From Squalus acanthias (Eukaryota), in NCBI GenBank assembly GCA_030390025.1, contig CM059432.1:3224001-3288000 (forward strand): a stretch of DNA of 64,000 nucleotides, read 5' to 3'. Of the stretch, positions 1 to 13,072 are shown piece after piece. The first letter of the stretch is position 1. Each line of letters begins with the position of its first letter. A program made the translations under genes and the position numbers. The notes below the pieces were generated by a model, which was not told the DNA's origin, ran no database searches, and was given only the letters and a program-made list of their open reading frames with translations.

Positions 1-88
1 GAGAGGATCGCAAGTGCGGGTTTCAGCGCATGCGCTTCGCACCTCGTACGCACCCGTGAGGGGGGGGGGGGTCGGAAAATCCGGCCCC
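1..88. mobile_element. End of a GC-rich Harbinger-type MITE
   Basis: Ends ggaaaatccggcccc followed by tta; resembles the GGG..AATT termini of the other MITEs in the window. Confidence 0.45.
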
Positions 89-279
89 TTATGGGGCTCG
101 GTGTCAAATTTTGTTTGATAATCGCTGCTGTGAAGCACCTGGGACGTTTCACTACGTTAAAGGTGCTAAAGAGTGCAAGTTGTTGTTGTTGTTGTTGTTG
201 TTGAAGGACTCTCGCTACAGACAGGACACCACAAGTGAAGTCCACACCATTCCAAACATCATGCTGGCTGAAATAGTGG

Positions 280-800
280 GAGTGCTCCAATTCTGGGCCA
301 ACACACTTGATGTCAAGACCTTGGAGAGGGTGCGGAGGAGATTTACTAGAATGGTACCAAGGGGGATGAGAGACTTCAGTTACGTGGAGAGACTGGAGGA
401 GTTGGGATTGGTCGCCGTAAAGCAGAGAGAAGGTTAAGGGGAGATTTGATGGAGGTGTTCAAAAATCATGAGGAGTGTGGATAGAGTAAAGAGGGAGAAA
501 CTGTTTCCAGTGGCAGAAAAGCACAGATTTAAGGTAATTGGTAAAAGAGCCCGAGGGGGAGATGAGGAGAATTTTTTTTACGCAGCGAGTCGTTGTGATC
601 TGGAACAGCGCTGCCTGAAAGGGCGGTGGAAGCAGATTCAATAGTAACTTTCAAAGGGGAATTGGATAAATACTTGAAGGAGAAAAAAATGCAGGGATAC
701 GGGGAAAGAGCGGGGGAGGGGAGTAGGAATAATTGGATAGCTCTTTCAAAGAGCCAGCGCAGACTCGAATGGCCTCCTTCTGTGCTGTACTATTTTAATA
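280..800 (+). mobile_element. CR1 LINE 3' fragment
   Basis: [35 protein letters not shown]2 C-terminus followed by the CR1 3' tail. Confidence 0.85.
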
Positions 801-944
801 CGAACCTTGAGTGCAGTATGTTGCGAATAGGAAGTATGTCAAGGCCTTGGAGAGGGCTGCAGAGAAGTTTAACTAGAACGGTACCTGGGATGAGGGACTT
901 CAGCTATGCAGAGAGAAGCTGGGATTGTTCTCCTCAGAGATAGT

Positions 945-3788
945 GGGGGGGGGGGGGGAAATTTGCGTGCCCCAACAGAACTGCCGGTATCACCGGCAAC
1001 TCGAGTTAATGGCCGCTGAAAATGGCCGCAGCGCTACCGGTGCCAATTTCGCGCTGGGGGTTGGCAATGTGGAGCGCAGCGCTAACTTACCGTGTAACGC
1101 CCTGCTGGTGGACGTTAATGGAGGCCTCCGACCCGTTCACCAGTCAGCGTTGCAACTTCTTACAGCCTGTGGGAGCGAGGCTGTGGAGTTCGCAAGTCAT
1201 TATGGGCAATTAAAGTGGCTATGAATTAAAGGGGCAGTACATTGCGAACGAATAAAAATTACAATGCAGTGAAAAAATGCAGTTTTCAGCCCTTACTGCC
1301 TTTCAATAAAAAATATACCCTTAAAAATAAGCCCCAAATGGGAGTCTTCAGCACTTAAAGCTGAATTCCCTTCCGAGCCTCAACAAATGGGAAAACTGCC
1401 TCAGCACTAACACAAATGGCACCGAGGGTCTCGCACACAGCACTCCAGCTTTGTGCAGAGGGTCAACACTGCAAGAGTGGCCCTCTACCCACAGGGGCCA
1501 GGAGGCCCTCCAGAAAGAACGATGTGGGAGTACATCACTAAGGCTGTCACTGCCAGCAGTGTTGCCTCCACCTCCTGGCTCCAACGCCCAAAGAAGTTTC
1601 ACGACCTCAGGCCACTGGTCAAGGTCAGTGAATGCATCTTCAAAAACCGTCTCCTACCAACTGCACCACTCGCCTCACACACTGCTCAATGCACGACCCC
1701 CAATCATTCACCTACCAACAATCTGCACCAATCACGAGGCACATCTTCCATTCCTAGCCTCATCTCACCTCCTTGGAGGAGACAGTGCAGGTCATTCTTG
1801 GCTGAGCCCTTGGCCAGTGCTGGGGCTGGAAGGATACAAGATGCTGGTAACCTCATGCTGTTATCCTCCTTCTGGCATGCACCTCTTGCTTTCCCGCCCT
1901 CCCCTCACCACAACTCCACCCTTGTGCCTTCCTCATTTCACAAATCCAAGAAATGCAGCCTGCCCAGCCAGTGGTTGAGCAAGAGGAGGGAGAGGAGAGT
2001 GAGGAAGAAGAAGACGACGATGATTGATTTCACACTCCCAGCCAGCAGCTCCTCAAGGTCGACCAGCAAGGCCAGTTGCAGTGTCCCCCACTGAAAGTCA
2101 GCAGCCTTCCACCAGCCATGCTGCAGCCACTGGGGTAGCACGGCGTGACATCAGTAGGATAGGCAAAGGCACACACAAGACAGTCACTAAGGCAATGCAT
2201 AAGGGTGATGAGTTGATTTCTTGATGTCATATTGAATGGATAGGTGTTTAAAGTTGAAATGGAAAACTTGCTTTGCGGTGGCTTTTATTTCAGCATTGTG
2301 GCCAAGAGGACACTGTGATGGTCAGTAACAGAGGGAAGGTAAGGTGTGGAACTAATGTTGAAAGGGGAATTGGGGTTGTGGTCACTGGGACCACAGGCGG
2401 ATGATTTCATCCCGGATATTCTGGCCAGAAAGGGGCTGTTTGGGATGCATCCTTCCATCCGCTTCCTCCTCTTCAGCTTCCTCCTCTTCAGATTCTTCCT
2501 CTTCCCTCTGCGAGCGGATGCTGTAAATGTGAAATGACAGCATAAAATGCTGGAAATACTCAGCAGGTCAGGCAGCATCTCGACCTGAGATGTGAACTCT
2601 GTTTCTCTCCCCACCAATGCTGCCTGACCTGCTGAGTATTTGCAGCATTTTCCGTTTTCTCAGAGGCCTTCCTTTACTATCCGAGGCCTCTCAAGCATCC
2701 AGCAGCACTCCCTACGCATGTAAAATGCTTTTAATATCTATTGCAGCAAGCCACTACTTCAATAAATCAAAAAAAAATGCAGTCCAAAAGCTTAAATGCA
2801 AACTTACCTGAAAGATGTGTGTGGCGGTTAAGAAGGCAAATGGTATGTTGGCCTTCATAGTGAAAGGGTTCGAGTACAGGAACAAGGATGTCTTGCTGCA
2901 GTTGTACAGGGCCTTGGTGAGACCACATCTTGAGTATTGTGTGCAGTTTTGGTCGCTTTATCTGAGGAAGGATGTTCTTGCCATGGAGGGAGTGCAGCGA
3001 AGATTTACCAGACTGATACCTGGGATGGCAGGAATGACGTATGAAGAGAGATTGGGTCGATTGGGCTTATACTCACTGGAGTTTAGAAGAATGAGAGGGG
3101 ATCTCATTGAAACTTATAAAATTCTAACAGGACTAGACAGACTAGATGCAGGAAGGATGTTCCCGATGGTCGGGGAGTCCAGAACCAGGGGTCACAGTCT
3201 AAGGATAAGGGGTAAGCCATTTAGGACTGAGATGAGAGGAATTTCTTCACCCAGAGAGTGGTGAACCTGTGGAATTCTCTACCACAGAAGGCAGTAGAGG
3301 CCAATTCATTAAATATATTCAAGAAGGAGTTAGATATATTTCTTAAAACTAAAGGGATATGGAGAGAAGACAGGGACAGGGTACTGAATTTGAATGATCA
3401 GCCATGATCTCATTGAATGGCGAACAGGCTCGAGGGGCTGAATGGCCTACTCCTGCTCCTATCTTCTATGTTTCTATGTTCCTTTAAGAGGTGCTGACAG
3501 CGCCTCCGTCAGTCTCTTTGCAGGCTGGGTTTCCCTGGCATGCTTAGGACCCAGCGCTCAGGTCGAAGTTGGGCATGATGACATTAAACCGGCGTTGCAC
3601 GCCACCTGACATCACCAGTCCGCCATTTTCTTTTTTTTTTGCAGGGTGCGAATACTTACCGGCAGCGCTACCGGAACGTCGAAAATGGAGGAGGCCACGG
3701 GACCCGCCACCAGCTGCCGAAGAGAGTGGCGGGTGGTGGCCGCCGCCCTTTCACCATTTTCTGACGGTAACGGGTGGCGTAAAGCCCA
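945..3788. mobile_element. Decayed Harbinger/PIF DNA transposon, inserted in a CR1 fragment (820-944 and 3789-4137)
   Basis: Myb/SANT-like remnant on + (~1420-1625: VALYPQG..W..V.ASS....WLQRPKKFHDL). Convergent transposase C-terminus on - (2382-2510: EEEESEEEEAEEEEADGRMHPKQPLSGQNIRDEIIRLWSQ*). GGGG..AAATT left end. The CR1 text ttctcctcagag..|..aaggttaag resumes after the element. Confidence 0.7.
2815..3480 (+). mobile_element. CR1 LINE 3' fragment nested in the Harbinger remnant
   Basis: [49 protein letters not shown]; tail ggcctactcctgctcct and (ttctatg)n. Confidence 0.9.
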
Positions 3789-4199
3789 AAGAAGGTTAAG
3801 AGGCGAGTATATAGAGGTGTCCAAAATTATGAAGGGTTTTGATAGAGTAGATAAGGAGAAACTGTTTCCAGTGGCAGGAGGGTTGGTAACCAGAGGACAC
3901 AGATTGGCAAAAAGAAAAGTGGGGGAGATGAGGAGAATTTTTTTTACGCAGCGAGTTGTGGTGATCGGGAACGCTGCTGCCTGAAAGGGCGGTGGAAGCA
4001 GATTCAATAGTAACTTTCAAAAGGGAACTGGATAAATAGTTGAAAAGGAGAAATTTGCAGGCTGTGGGGAAAGAGCAGGGAGGGAGTGGGACTAATTGGA
4101 GAGCTCGTTCAAAGAGCCGGCACAGGCACGATGGGCTTATTGCTTTTTGATATCTGACCTACGACCTAATTGGGCCTTACATCGGCTGATGTGCAGTCC

Positions 4200-5120
4200 G
4201 CTCTGAGCTGGGTGTCTTATTTTGCGGAACACCTCCGTTCAGTCCGTAAGGGTGACCCTGAGCTTCCGGCTGCCTGTCACTTTAATTCTCCGCTTCACTC
4301 CCACTCTGATCTCTCTGTCCTCGGCCTCTTACATTGTTCCAATGAAGCTCAGCGTAAGCTCGAGGAACAGCACCTCATCTTTCGGATTAGGCACTTTACA
4401 GCCTTCTGGACTCAACATTGAGTTCAACAATTTCAGACTATAACCCCCGCCCCCATTTTTCAGGCTGTATGATTTTGCCATCCCCATTTGCAACATTTAA
4501 TCTTTCCTGCCTCCTACCTTAGCACAGAATGTTCCTTCAGTTGCTTCCTCCCCTTCCCTCCCCCCTTTCCCTGCCTCTGCACCTGCTTAAAATCTGGGGG
4601 GACCTGATTGAGGTGTACAAAATTATGAGGGGCATAGATAGGGTAGATAGAAAGGAACTTTTCCCCTTAGTAGAGGGGTCAATAACCAGGGGACATAGTT
4701 TCAAGGTAAGGGGCAGGAGGTTTAGAGGGGATTTGAGGAAAAACTTTTTCCACCCAGAGGGTGGTTGGAATCTGGAACTCACTGCCTGAAAGGGTGGTAG
4801 AGGCAGGAACCCTCACAACATTCAAGAAGCATTTAGATGAGCACTTGAAACGCCATAGCATACAAGGCTACGGAGCAAGTGCTGGAAAATGGGATTAGAA
4901 TAGACAGGGCTTGATGGCCGGCGCGGACACGATGGGGCCTCTTTCTGTGCTGTATAACTCTATGTTACATCTCTAACTTTTTCCAGTTCTGACGAAGGGT
5001 CACAGACCTGAAACGTTAACTCTGTTTCTCTCTCCACGGATGCTGCCTGACCTGCTGAGTGTTTCCAGCAATTTCTGTTGTTATTTCAGATTTCCAGCAT
5101 CCGCGGTATTTTGCTGTTGT
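4200..5120 (+). mobile_element. Penelope-like element 3' end (GIY-YIG C-terminus plus pseudo-LTR), interrupted by a CR1 at ~4595-4963
   Basis: FAEHLRSV..LP.ACHFNS..HS..D..VLGL..RKLEEQHLIF/LGTLQPSGLNIEF. The terminal repeat carrying the hammerhead motif follows, arranged as in the copy at 43690-44445. Confidence 0.85.
4985..5021 (+). ncRNA. Minimal type I hammerhead ribozyme motif (Penelope family A)
   Basis: AGTT-CTGACGA-A-GGGTC-aca-GACCT-GAAA-CGTT-AACT: helix I AGTT/AACT, helix II, palindromic ACGT helix III. Confidence 0.75.
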
Positions 5121-7019
5121 CTTATGCTGTATCCTGACTGCATGGAGGAACGTTGAACCATCTCGAAGAGTTTTTCCAAATGCTAGTTTTTGACATGCGC
5201 ACAAATCGTTTGATGTGGTGCCTGCATTTTGGCATTTCAATACATTTTAATAAACTTTTAACAAGTCTATCAGAAGAAGACAGAGTGAAAGCTCAGGAAA
5301 CATGAGGTAGTTGCCAAAAACGGTTGCAAGTCATACCCTCGTGCTTTGTCATAATGGTTTAGACACTTCTGCAAGGTCACAAGTTACTTTTGAATTTCCC
5401 CTTTATATATATATAAAAAAAAAGATGTAGACAGTAGTTGGGAGAAGCTACGATCTGATGGTTCTTCTGCATGACTTAAATTAAATACAAAGACTTCCAT
5501 TTTTGAGTCAAGCTTCCCTTTGACAGGAATAAAACAAAATAAAAGGGAAGCAGTTTAATTCAACTGGAGAGCGAAAGGGAAATTAACCTTTGAGCCACTG
5601 GCCTTCTGAAGGACCGTTTCAATTCACGAAGCGGATTCCATTAAGCAGCTGGATAAGGGCTAAGCAATAAACCCCCATCGTTCAAAGGGCCCAGACTGAG
5701 CTGGTGATGGGCTTCCAGTCAAGGTCAGTGATGGAGGAGAATCAGAGGCTTGGCGGCAGACTGCTTTCCCAGCTCGCCATTCGGTAGAAAATGACGTTGT
5801 ATTCCCTGCTTCCCTAATACCAATGGGAAAATAGAGGCTCTAATTGTGAATGTACAGGTGAGGGGGGGAAAAAAAAAGAGGCCCAGCAAATCAGTACTTG
5901 AGAGATTAACCATCAAGGAACACGCAAGGTAGCGGCACTGTGAGACACATGCGATAATCACAAGAGCAGAGCTCAAAAGAAGAGAAAAATAGCAGAGACT
6001 GAAGCCAGCGCCGCAACAAAATCATCAAAACCACAAAAAGGTTTAATAATTTACATTACTTCAGTGCAAGTGTTCCTCACGGAGAGTTTGCTACATCAAT
6101 TCCGATTTCGATCACTTGAACGCTGCTGCATTATTCACCCACTTCAACAAAAATAACCGTTAACATATTTCCGAGACTTGACCCGAACACTTGCGCATTA
6201 ACTGGCTGAAACGTACAAGCGAGGAGCATTGCGACTATTTTAAGGGGTCGGGCCAATTAAGACCGGAGACGAGGAGGGATTTCTTCACTCAGAGGGTTGT
6301 GAATTCTCTGCCCCAGAGGGCTGTGGATGCTGAGTCGTTGAGTATATTCAAGGCTGAGATCGATAGATTTTTGGACTCTAGGGAAATCGAGGGATATGGG
6401 GATCGGGTGGGAAAGTGGAGTCGAGGTCGAAGATCAGCCACGATCTTATTGAATGGCGGAGCGGGCTCGAGGGGCCGAATGGCCTACTCCTGCTCCTGCT
6501 CCAAGTTCTTAAGTATGTCTTATTTTAGTTTGAGTTCAGGCACTTTACAGCTCTGTGTCACGGTGTTTTCTGAACGAACGCTCTCTATATGTAATTCAAA
6601 TTACAAGCCTTTTCAACCAAGTGATGAAAGTATCCAACCTAAAGCAGAGGAAAGGGGAGGGGTGGGGGTGGGAATAAAACTTCCATATATTTATATAAAA
6701 TCCTCCTAATTTTATTTAAGGAGATCATACAGAAGCAAAAGCTTAAATTTTCCCAGTGACATATACGGCCCCCAGCTGAGCAAGCTGCACCTTAGGAGAG
6801 GAAGATGATGGTGGATGATGGATTTTCAAACTTCAGAGGTCCAAGCAAGACGCCTCTTTGATGATATGGAAGCAACATACTCGGCTGCCAAAAGATCAAG
6901 TAGGGACAGGAGCAGGCCGTGAGAGCGCTCCCTTATCTACCACGTTAGTTAGCTCCTTAAAAAGTTCAACTAGGATTCGTTAGACATGGCTTGCCCCTGT
7001 AAAAATCTATGCTGTTTCG

Positions 7020-7663
7020 TTCCATGGGATCTTTTACATAGAAGCATGGAAGATAGGAGCAGGAGTAGGCCATTCGGCCCCTCGAGCCTGCTCCGCCATT
7101 TAATGAGATCATGGCTGATCATCCAAATTTAGTACCCTGTCCCTGCTTTCTCCCCATATCCCTTGATCCCTTTAGCCTTAAGAAATATATCTATCTCCTT
7201 CTTGAATATATTTAATGAATTGGCCTCAACTGCCTTCTGTGGTAGAGAATTCCACAGGTTCACCACTCTCTGGGTGAAGAAATTCCTCCTCATCTCAGTC
7301 CTAAATGGCTTAGCCCTTATCCTTAGACTGTGACCTCTGGTTCTGGACTCCCCCGCCATCGGGAACATCCTTCCTGCATCTAGTCTGTCTAGTCCTGTTA
7401 GAATTTTATAAGTTTCAATGAGATCCACTCTCATTCTTCTAAACTCTAGCGAATATAAGCCTAATCGACATCCACCTGAGATAGCAGACGGGGCCTCAGT
7501 TTAATGTCTCATCCGAAAGATGGCACCTCCGACAGTGCAGCGCTCCCTCAGCACTGCACTGGGAGCGTCAGCCTAGATTTTTGCGCTCATGTCTCCGGGG
7601 TCTAGGCTTGAACCCACGCCCTTCTGACTGAGAGGCGAGGGTGCTGCCCACTGAGCCACGGCT
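7020..7663 (-). mobile_element. DeuSINE (SacSINE1-like) 5' half with a nested CR1 3' fragment (~7038-7468, minus strand)
   Basis: The SINE text gggatcttttacat|ccacctgag is split by the CR1 with acat repeated on both sides; tRNA-like head at ~7600-7663. Confidence 0.8.
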
Positions 7664-8064
7664 CTACTTGGCTGAACATTTGATGACGTTTAAACATTCT
7701 ATTAACACAAGAAACTGAGGAGCGCACCACGGCAGGTAAAAATAACGACCAGTTAGCTTCAATGCTCTGCATGTGATTGGTTCAAAGGGGTTGCTATGGT
7801 TATGAAAGACATTGTTGTCCTTGGTTACTGCTGTCTGGAGGTTTTATGACTCCATTTGTTAGTGTGCTTCGCTGAAAATTAGGAAGGACTGAGAGCTTGG
7901 ATTTGACTTTAATGGCTATTCAACGCTGACCTATATGGGGTAATGAGTATATTGTCAGAACAGCTGAATCCGTTGTCATGGCAATAGTGTCTGTCTGGCA
8001 TCGCACACAAGTCTATTGGGACAGCCGCATCGTTCAGCAGCTCAGAACCAATTTGGGCCTACTC

Positions 8065-8765
8065 TAGGGTTGCCTACCCTCCTGGATTGCCCTGGTGACT
8101 CCATGAATTATAGAACAATCTCCTGGACACTGCTGTGGGCAACACCACAAGAGAAAAGACATAGGGGGACATTTTAAAGAAAAATGTGCGTTTTTCTCCC
8201 CCCATTTTCTTTAAACACTGTTGTTTATTAGCTCTAAAAATATTGGGAGATGGAGCAAAATAGGCTATTTTACAGTCAAGATTCAGCCAATCACCTCCCA
8301 AACCCGCGACCTCTACCACCTAGAAGGACAAGGGCAGCAGGCGCATGGGAACATCACCACCTCCAAGTTTCCCTCCAAGTCACACACCATCCTGACTTGG
8401 AAATATATCGGCCGTTCCTTCATCGTCGCTGGGTCAAAATCCTGGAACTCCCTCCCTGACAGCACTGTGGGAGCACCTTCACCACACGGACTGCAGCGGT
8501 TCAAGAAGGCGGCTCACCACCACCTTCTCGAGGGCGATTAGGGGATGGGCAATAAATGCCGGCCTTGCCAGCGACGTCCACATCCCAGGAACGAATATTA
8601 AAAAAAAAGTCTGGTGACAAAGAGTCTGTTTGCTTTCTGATTGGCTGTGGGAAAGCAGCGTGTGGGGTGAGGATGGACGTCTCCAGCTACCAATGGTGGG
8701 CGTGTGGGGGGCGGGGTGGTTGGAGGTCATGTGATGAAAATACGTCCAATCAGAGTTGGCGACCC
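8065..8765. mobile_element. hAT-like MITE (TAGGGTTGCC...GGCGACCC) with a nested RTEX-like LINE 3' end at ~8290-8600
   Basis: Inverted termini; a second copy of the MITE lies at ~59407-59786. The nested piece encodes RSFIVAGSKSWNSLP..LQRFKKAAHHHL. Confidence 0.65.
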
Positions 8766-9214
8766 GGACGTACTCATCTGCTGGAAGGACATTGTTGGAA
8801 GAACTCCCACATATGTTCCAACACCAACTCCATTTAGCGCCACTGAAATCTGGCAACCTGCACATGCATTGTTCATCAACAGCATATTCCCACTTCCACT
8901 TCAGGGAAAACAGAAAATACTGGGTCTTCCTGGGAATCTCCACATCTCCCTTGAGTGCAGAAGGTTGAGGGGTCATCTAACCGAGATGTTTAAGATGATT
9001 AAAAGTGTTGATAGGGTAGAGAGAAACTATTTCCTCTGGTTGGGGGGGGGAGTCCAGGACAAGGGGGGCGTAACCTTAAAATTAGAGCCAGGCCATTGAG
9101 GGGTGATGTCAGGAAGCACTGCTTCACACAGAACATAGTAGAAATCTGGAACTCTCTCCCCTAAAAAGCTGTAGAGGCTGGGGGTCAAACAGCGAGTTAT
9201 GATGATCTGAAAGA

Positions 9215-11252
9215 GCGGTGGAAGCTTGATCCAACCGTGGCTAACTAAAGAAGTTAAGGATAGCATTAGATTGAAAGAAGAAGCTTATAATGTTGCAAAG
9301 AATAATAGTAAGCCTGAGGATTGGGAGAGTTTCAGAAACCAGCAAAGGTTGACCAAAAAATTGATAAAAAAGGGAAAAAATAGAATGAGAGAAAACTAGC
9401 AAGAAATATAAAAGCAGATTGTAAGAGCTTCTACAAGTATGTAAAAAGGAAGAGATTAGCAAAAGTAAACATTGGTCCCTTAGAGGCTAAGACAGGAGAA
9501 ATTATTATGGGGAATAAGGAAATGGCAGAAAAGTTAAACAAATATTTTGTATCTGTCTTCAGATTAGTAGATACAAAAAGCATACCAAAAATGGTGGGGA
9601 ACCAAGGGTCTAATGAGGGTGAGGAACTTAATGTAATTAATATAAGTAGAGAAAAAGTACTAGAGAAACTAATGGGACTAAAAGCCGAAAAATCCCCTGG
9701 ACCTGACGGCCTACATCCTAGGGTTCTAAAAGAGGTGGCTGCAGAGATAGTGGATGCATTGGTTTTGATCTTACAAAATTCCCTAGATTCTAGAATGGTC
9801 CCAGCGGATTGGAAGGTAGCAAATATAACACTGCTATTCAAGAAAGGAGGGAGAGAGAAAACAGGGAACTACAGGCCAGTTAGCCTGACATCAGTCGTCG
9901 GGAAAATGCTGGAATCCATCGTTAAGGAAGTGGTATCATGGCCCTTAGAAAATCAAAACATGATTAGGCAGAGTCAACATGGTTTTATGAAAGGGAAATC
10001 GTGTTTGACAAATTTATTAGAGCTTTTTGAGGATGTAACTAGCAGAGTAGATAAAGGGGAACCAGTGGATGTAGTATATTTGGATTTCCAAAAGGCATTC
10101 GATAAGGTGCCACATAAAAGGTTATTAAACAAAATTAGGACTCATAGGATTGGGGTAATATAGTAGCATGGATTGAGGATTGGTTAATGGACAGAAAACA
10201 AAGAGTAGGAATAAACGGGATTTTTTCGGGTTGGCAGGCTGCAACTAGCGGGGTACCGCAAGGATCAGTGCTTGGGCCTCAGCTATTTACAATCTATATT
10301 AATGACCTAGATGAAGGGACCGAGTGTAATGTATCCAAGTTTGCTGACGATACAAAGCTAGGTGAAACAGTAAGCTGTGAGGAGAACACAAAGAGTCTGC
10401 AAAGGGATATAGATAGACCAAGTGAGTGGGCAGTAAGGTGGCAGATAGAGTGTAATGTAGGGAAATGTGAGGTTATTCACTTTAGTAGGAAGATTTGAAA
10501 AACAGAATTTTTTAAATGGTGAGAAACTTTTAAATGTTGGTGTTCAGAGAGATTTGGGTGTCCTCGTGCAAGAAACACAGAAAGCTAGCAGGCAGCTACA
10601 GCAAGCAATAAGGAAGGCACATGGCATGTTGGCCTTTATTGCAAGGGGGTTGGAGTATAAGAGTAAGGAAGTCTTGCTACAATTGTACAGGGCCTTGGTG
10701 AGACCACACCTGGAGTACTGTGCACAGTTCTGGTCTCCTTATCCAAGGAAGGATCTACTTACCTTGGAGGCGGTGCAACGAAGGTTCACTAGGTTGATTC
10801 CTGGGATGAGAGGGCTGTCCTATGATGAGATTGTGTAGAATGGGCCTATACTCTCTGGAGTTTAGAAGAATGAGAGTTAATCTAATTGAAACGTGCAAGA
10901 TTCTGAGGGGGATTGACAGGGTAGATGCTGAGAGGTTGTTTCCCCTGGCTGGAGAGTCTAGAACTAGGGGCACAGTCTCAGAATAAAGGGGTCGGCCCTT
11001 TAAGACTGAGATGAGGAGGAATTTCTTCACTCAGAGGGTTGTGAATCTTTGGAATTCTCTGCCCCAGAGGGCTGTGGATGCTCAGTCGTTGAGTATATTC
11101 AAGGCTGAGATCGATAGATTTTTGGACTCTCGGGGAATGGAGATCGGGCGGGAAAGTGGAGTTGAGGTCAATGATCAGCCATGATCTTATTGAGTGGGTG
11201 AGCAGGCTCGCCGACTCCTGCTCCTAATTCCTATGTTCTTATGATTCTATGT
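9215..11252 (+). mobile_element. Large CR1 LINE ORF2 (reverse transcriptase) fragment, disrupted
   Basis: KSPGPDGLHPRVLKE, NYRPVSLTS, QHGFMKGKSCLTNL, YLDFQKAFDKVPH, GVPQGSVLGP, FADDTK; broken by frameshifts and stops; CR1 tail. Confidence 0.95.
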
Positions 11253-12461
11253 TTTAGAGATCTGAGACTTTGACAGTTGTATATTAATCAGAACTCATCA
11301 GTTTTTTAAAATAATTAAATTCTAATATGATTTTGTAGCCCAGGAAAATTTTGCTACCACTTTAGGTCATAAACAGTGTCGATTTATTTTGTAAAGATTT
11401 TTTTTTATATCAGTATTGCCCCGCTTTCCGAGTGTTCTTGAATGTGCTCCTTTCACAGTACAGAACAGGAATAACAATTAACTGCTCAGTTAGACATTTC
11501 ACAATATCACTGTTAACGCAAACTTTAGTCAGTCAAAATTAATTTTCTTTATGAACTGCAGCGTGTTATTTACTAAGAGCAGGGGTGCTCACCCCGGTGT
11601 CCTGGGCCAATATTTATCCACTAAAAACAGATTATCTGCTCATTTTCACATTGCCGTTGGTGGGAGCTTGCTGTGCGCAAATTGGCTGCCGCGTTTCCTA
11701 CATTACCAACAGTGACTGCACCTCAAAAAGTACTTCATTGGCTGTAAAGCGCTTTGGGATGCCCCGAGGTCGTGAAAGGAGCTATAGAAATGCAAGTTCT
11801 TTCTTTCCTTTCACTAATTAAACCCGAATGAAAGTGCTGAACCTGCACCAGAGTCGACCCGATCCGCCGCAATCGGAGCACGCATCAAACGCGCAGCCTA
11901 AAAGGACCGCGGAATTTTGGGCGCGAGTTACCCGCACAAGTACAATACGCCCAAAATCTCCTCGATGTTTTATGATTGACTAGCGACCCCCTCCGCCCGA
12001 ACACCTTTTCGAATCGTAGGATGTGATACAGCACAGGAGGAGGCCATTCGGCCCATTGTGCCCCTGCCGGCTCTTTGGTAGAGCTGTCCCATTAGTCCCC
12101 GCTCCCATCTCCGCCCACAATGCTGGCCCGGCCCGGCCCGGGCCTGCCCCCGTACTGCAGAGCCTCATATCCGAGTCACCCGCACTTGCTCAGAAGCTCT
12201 TCAAACCACGAGCAGATTTTCAGGCGTAGCAAGAAACGTCGTTCTCCTGGTGCTTTATTACAATTCTTGGAGTGTTTTTTCTAAATTTATTCTCACCGAG
12301 ATCTGCTCTTTATTTTCTGTTGCTTTCAATGGATTTTTATAGCTCAAGTGGAAATCACATTAAAAATTGAAAAGCTTCCGATTGCAGCTCTGAAACATTG
12401 CCTTGCTTGATGTGCTATGAATGATGGTTGAATGAGATGAAATGGAATTCTCATACTTTGA

Positions 12462-13072
12462 ACAACAACTTGTATTTATATAGCGCCTTTAACGCAGTAA
12501 AACCTCCCAAGGTGCTTCACAGGAGTGTTAACAAAACAATATTTGACACCGAGCCACACAAGGAGATATTCGGGCAGGAGCTGGGTCAAAGAGGGAGGTT
12601 TTAAGGGGCATCTTTAAGGAGGAGAGAGAGGCGGAGAGGTTTAGGGAGGGAATTCCAGAGCTTAGGGCCCAGGCAGCTGAAGGCACGGCCGCCAATGGTG
12701 GAGCGATTAAAATCGGGGATGCGCAAGAGGCAGAGAATTGGAGGAGCGCAGAGATCTCCGGGGGGGGGGAGAGGTTACAGAGATAGGGAGGGGGCGAGGC
12801 CATGGAGGGATTTAAAAACAAGGATGAGAATTTTAAGATTGAGGCGTTGCTAAACCGGGAGCCAATGTAGGTCAGAGGGCACAGGGGGTGATGGGCGAAC
12901 GGGACTTGGTGCGAGCACAGGGGGTGATGGGCGAACGGGACTTGGTGCGAGCACAGGGGGTGATGGGCGAACGGGACTCGGTGCGAGCACAGGGGGTGAT
13001 GGGCGAACGGGACTTGGTGCGAGTTAGGACACGGGCAGGAGAGTTTTGGACGAGCTCAAGTTTACGGAGGTG
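12462..13072 (-). mobile_element. L2 LINE 3' fragment with an internal tandem repeat
   Basis: Reverse strand encodes L2-type KILILVFK.LHGL...GGRAF..LGPKLWNSLP; tail ggcgctatataaatacaagttgttg. Confidence 0.85.
12877..13020. repeat. 36-bp minisatellite x4 (gagcacagggggtgatgggcgaacgggacttggtgc)
   Basis: Units start at 12877, 12913, 12949 and 12985. Confidence 0.95.

Noticed and set aside
178..203. (TTG)n as a poly-Leu signal peptide in ORF 111-437
   Set aside because: It is the simple-repeat tail of an L2 element, and the ORF then runs into CR1 sequence.
1453..2094. 213-aa ORF as a domesticated MSANTD-like host gene
   Set aside because: Only the first ~60 aa are Myb-like and they are degenerate. 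The ORF lies inside a transposon remnant that interrupts a CR1.
7930..7939. CArG box cctatatggg
   Set aside because: Only five A/T bases between CC and GG, so it is not a consensus site.
9507..10838. Reverse transcriptase ORFs as a functional gene or a retron-like system
   Set aside because: Ordinary CR1 ORF2, 5'-truncated and broken by frameshifts and stops; the same applies to 29260-30394.
12877..13020. CRISPR-like array of 36-bp repeats
   Set aside because: No spacers; head-to-tail units of L2 sequence in a vertebrate genome.
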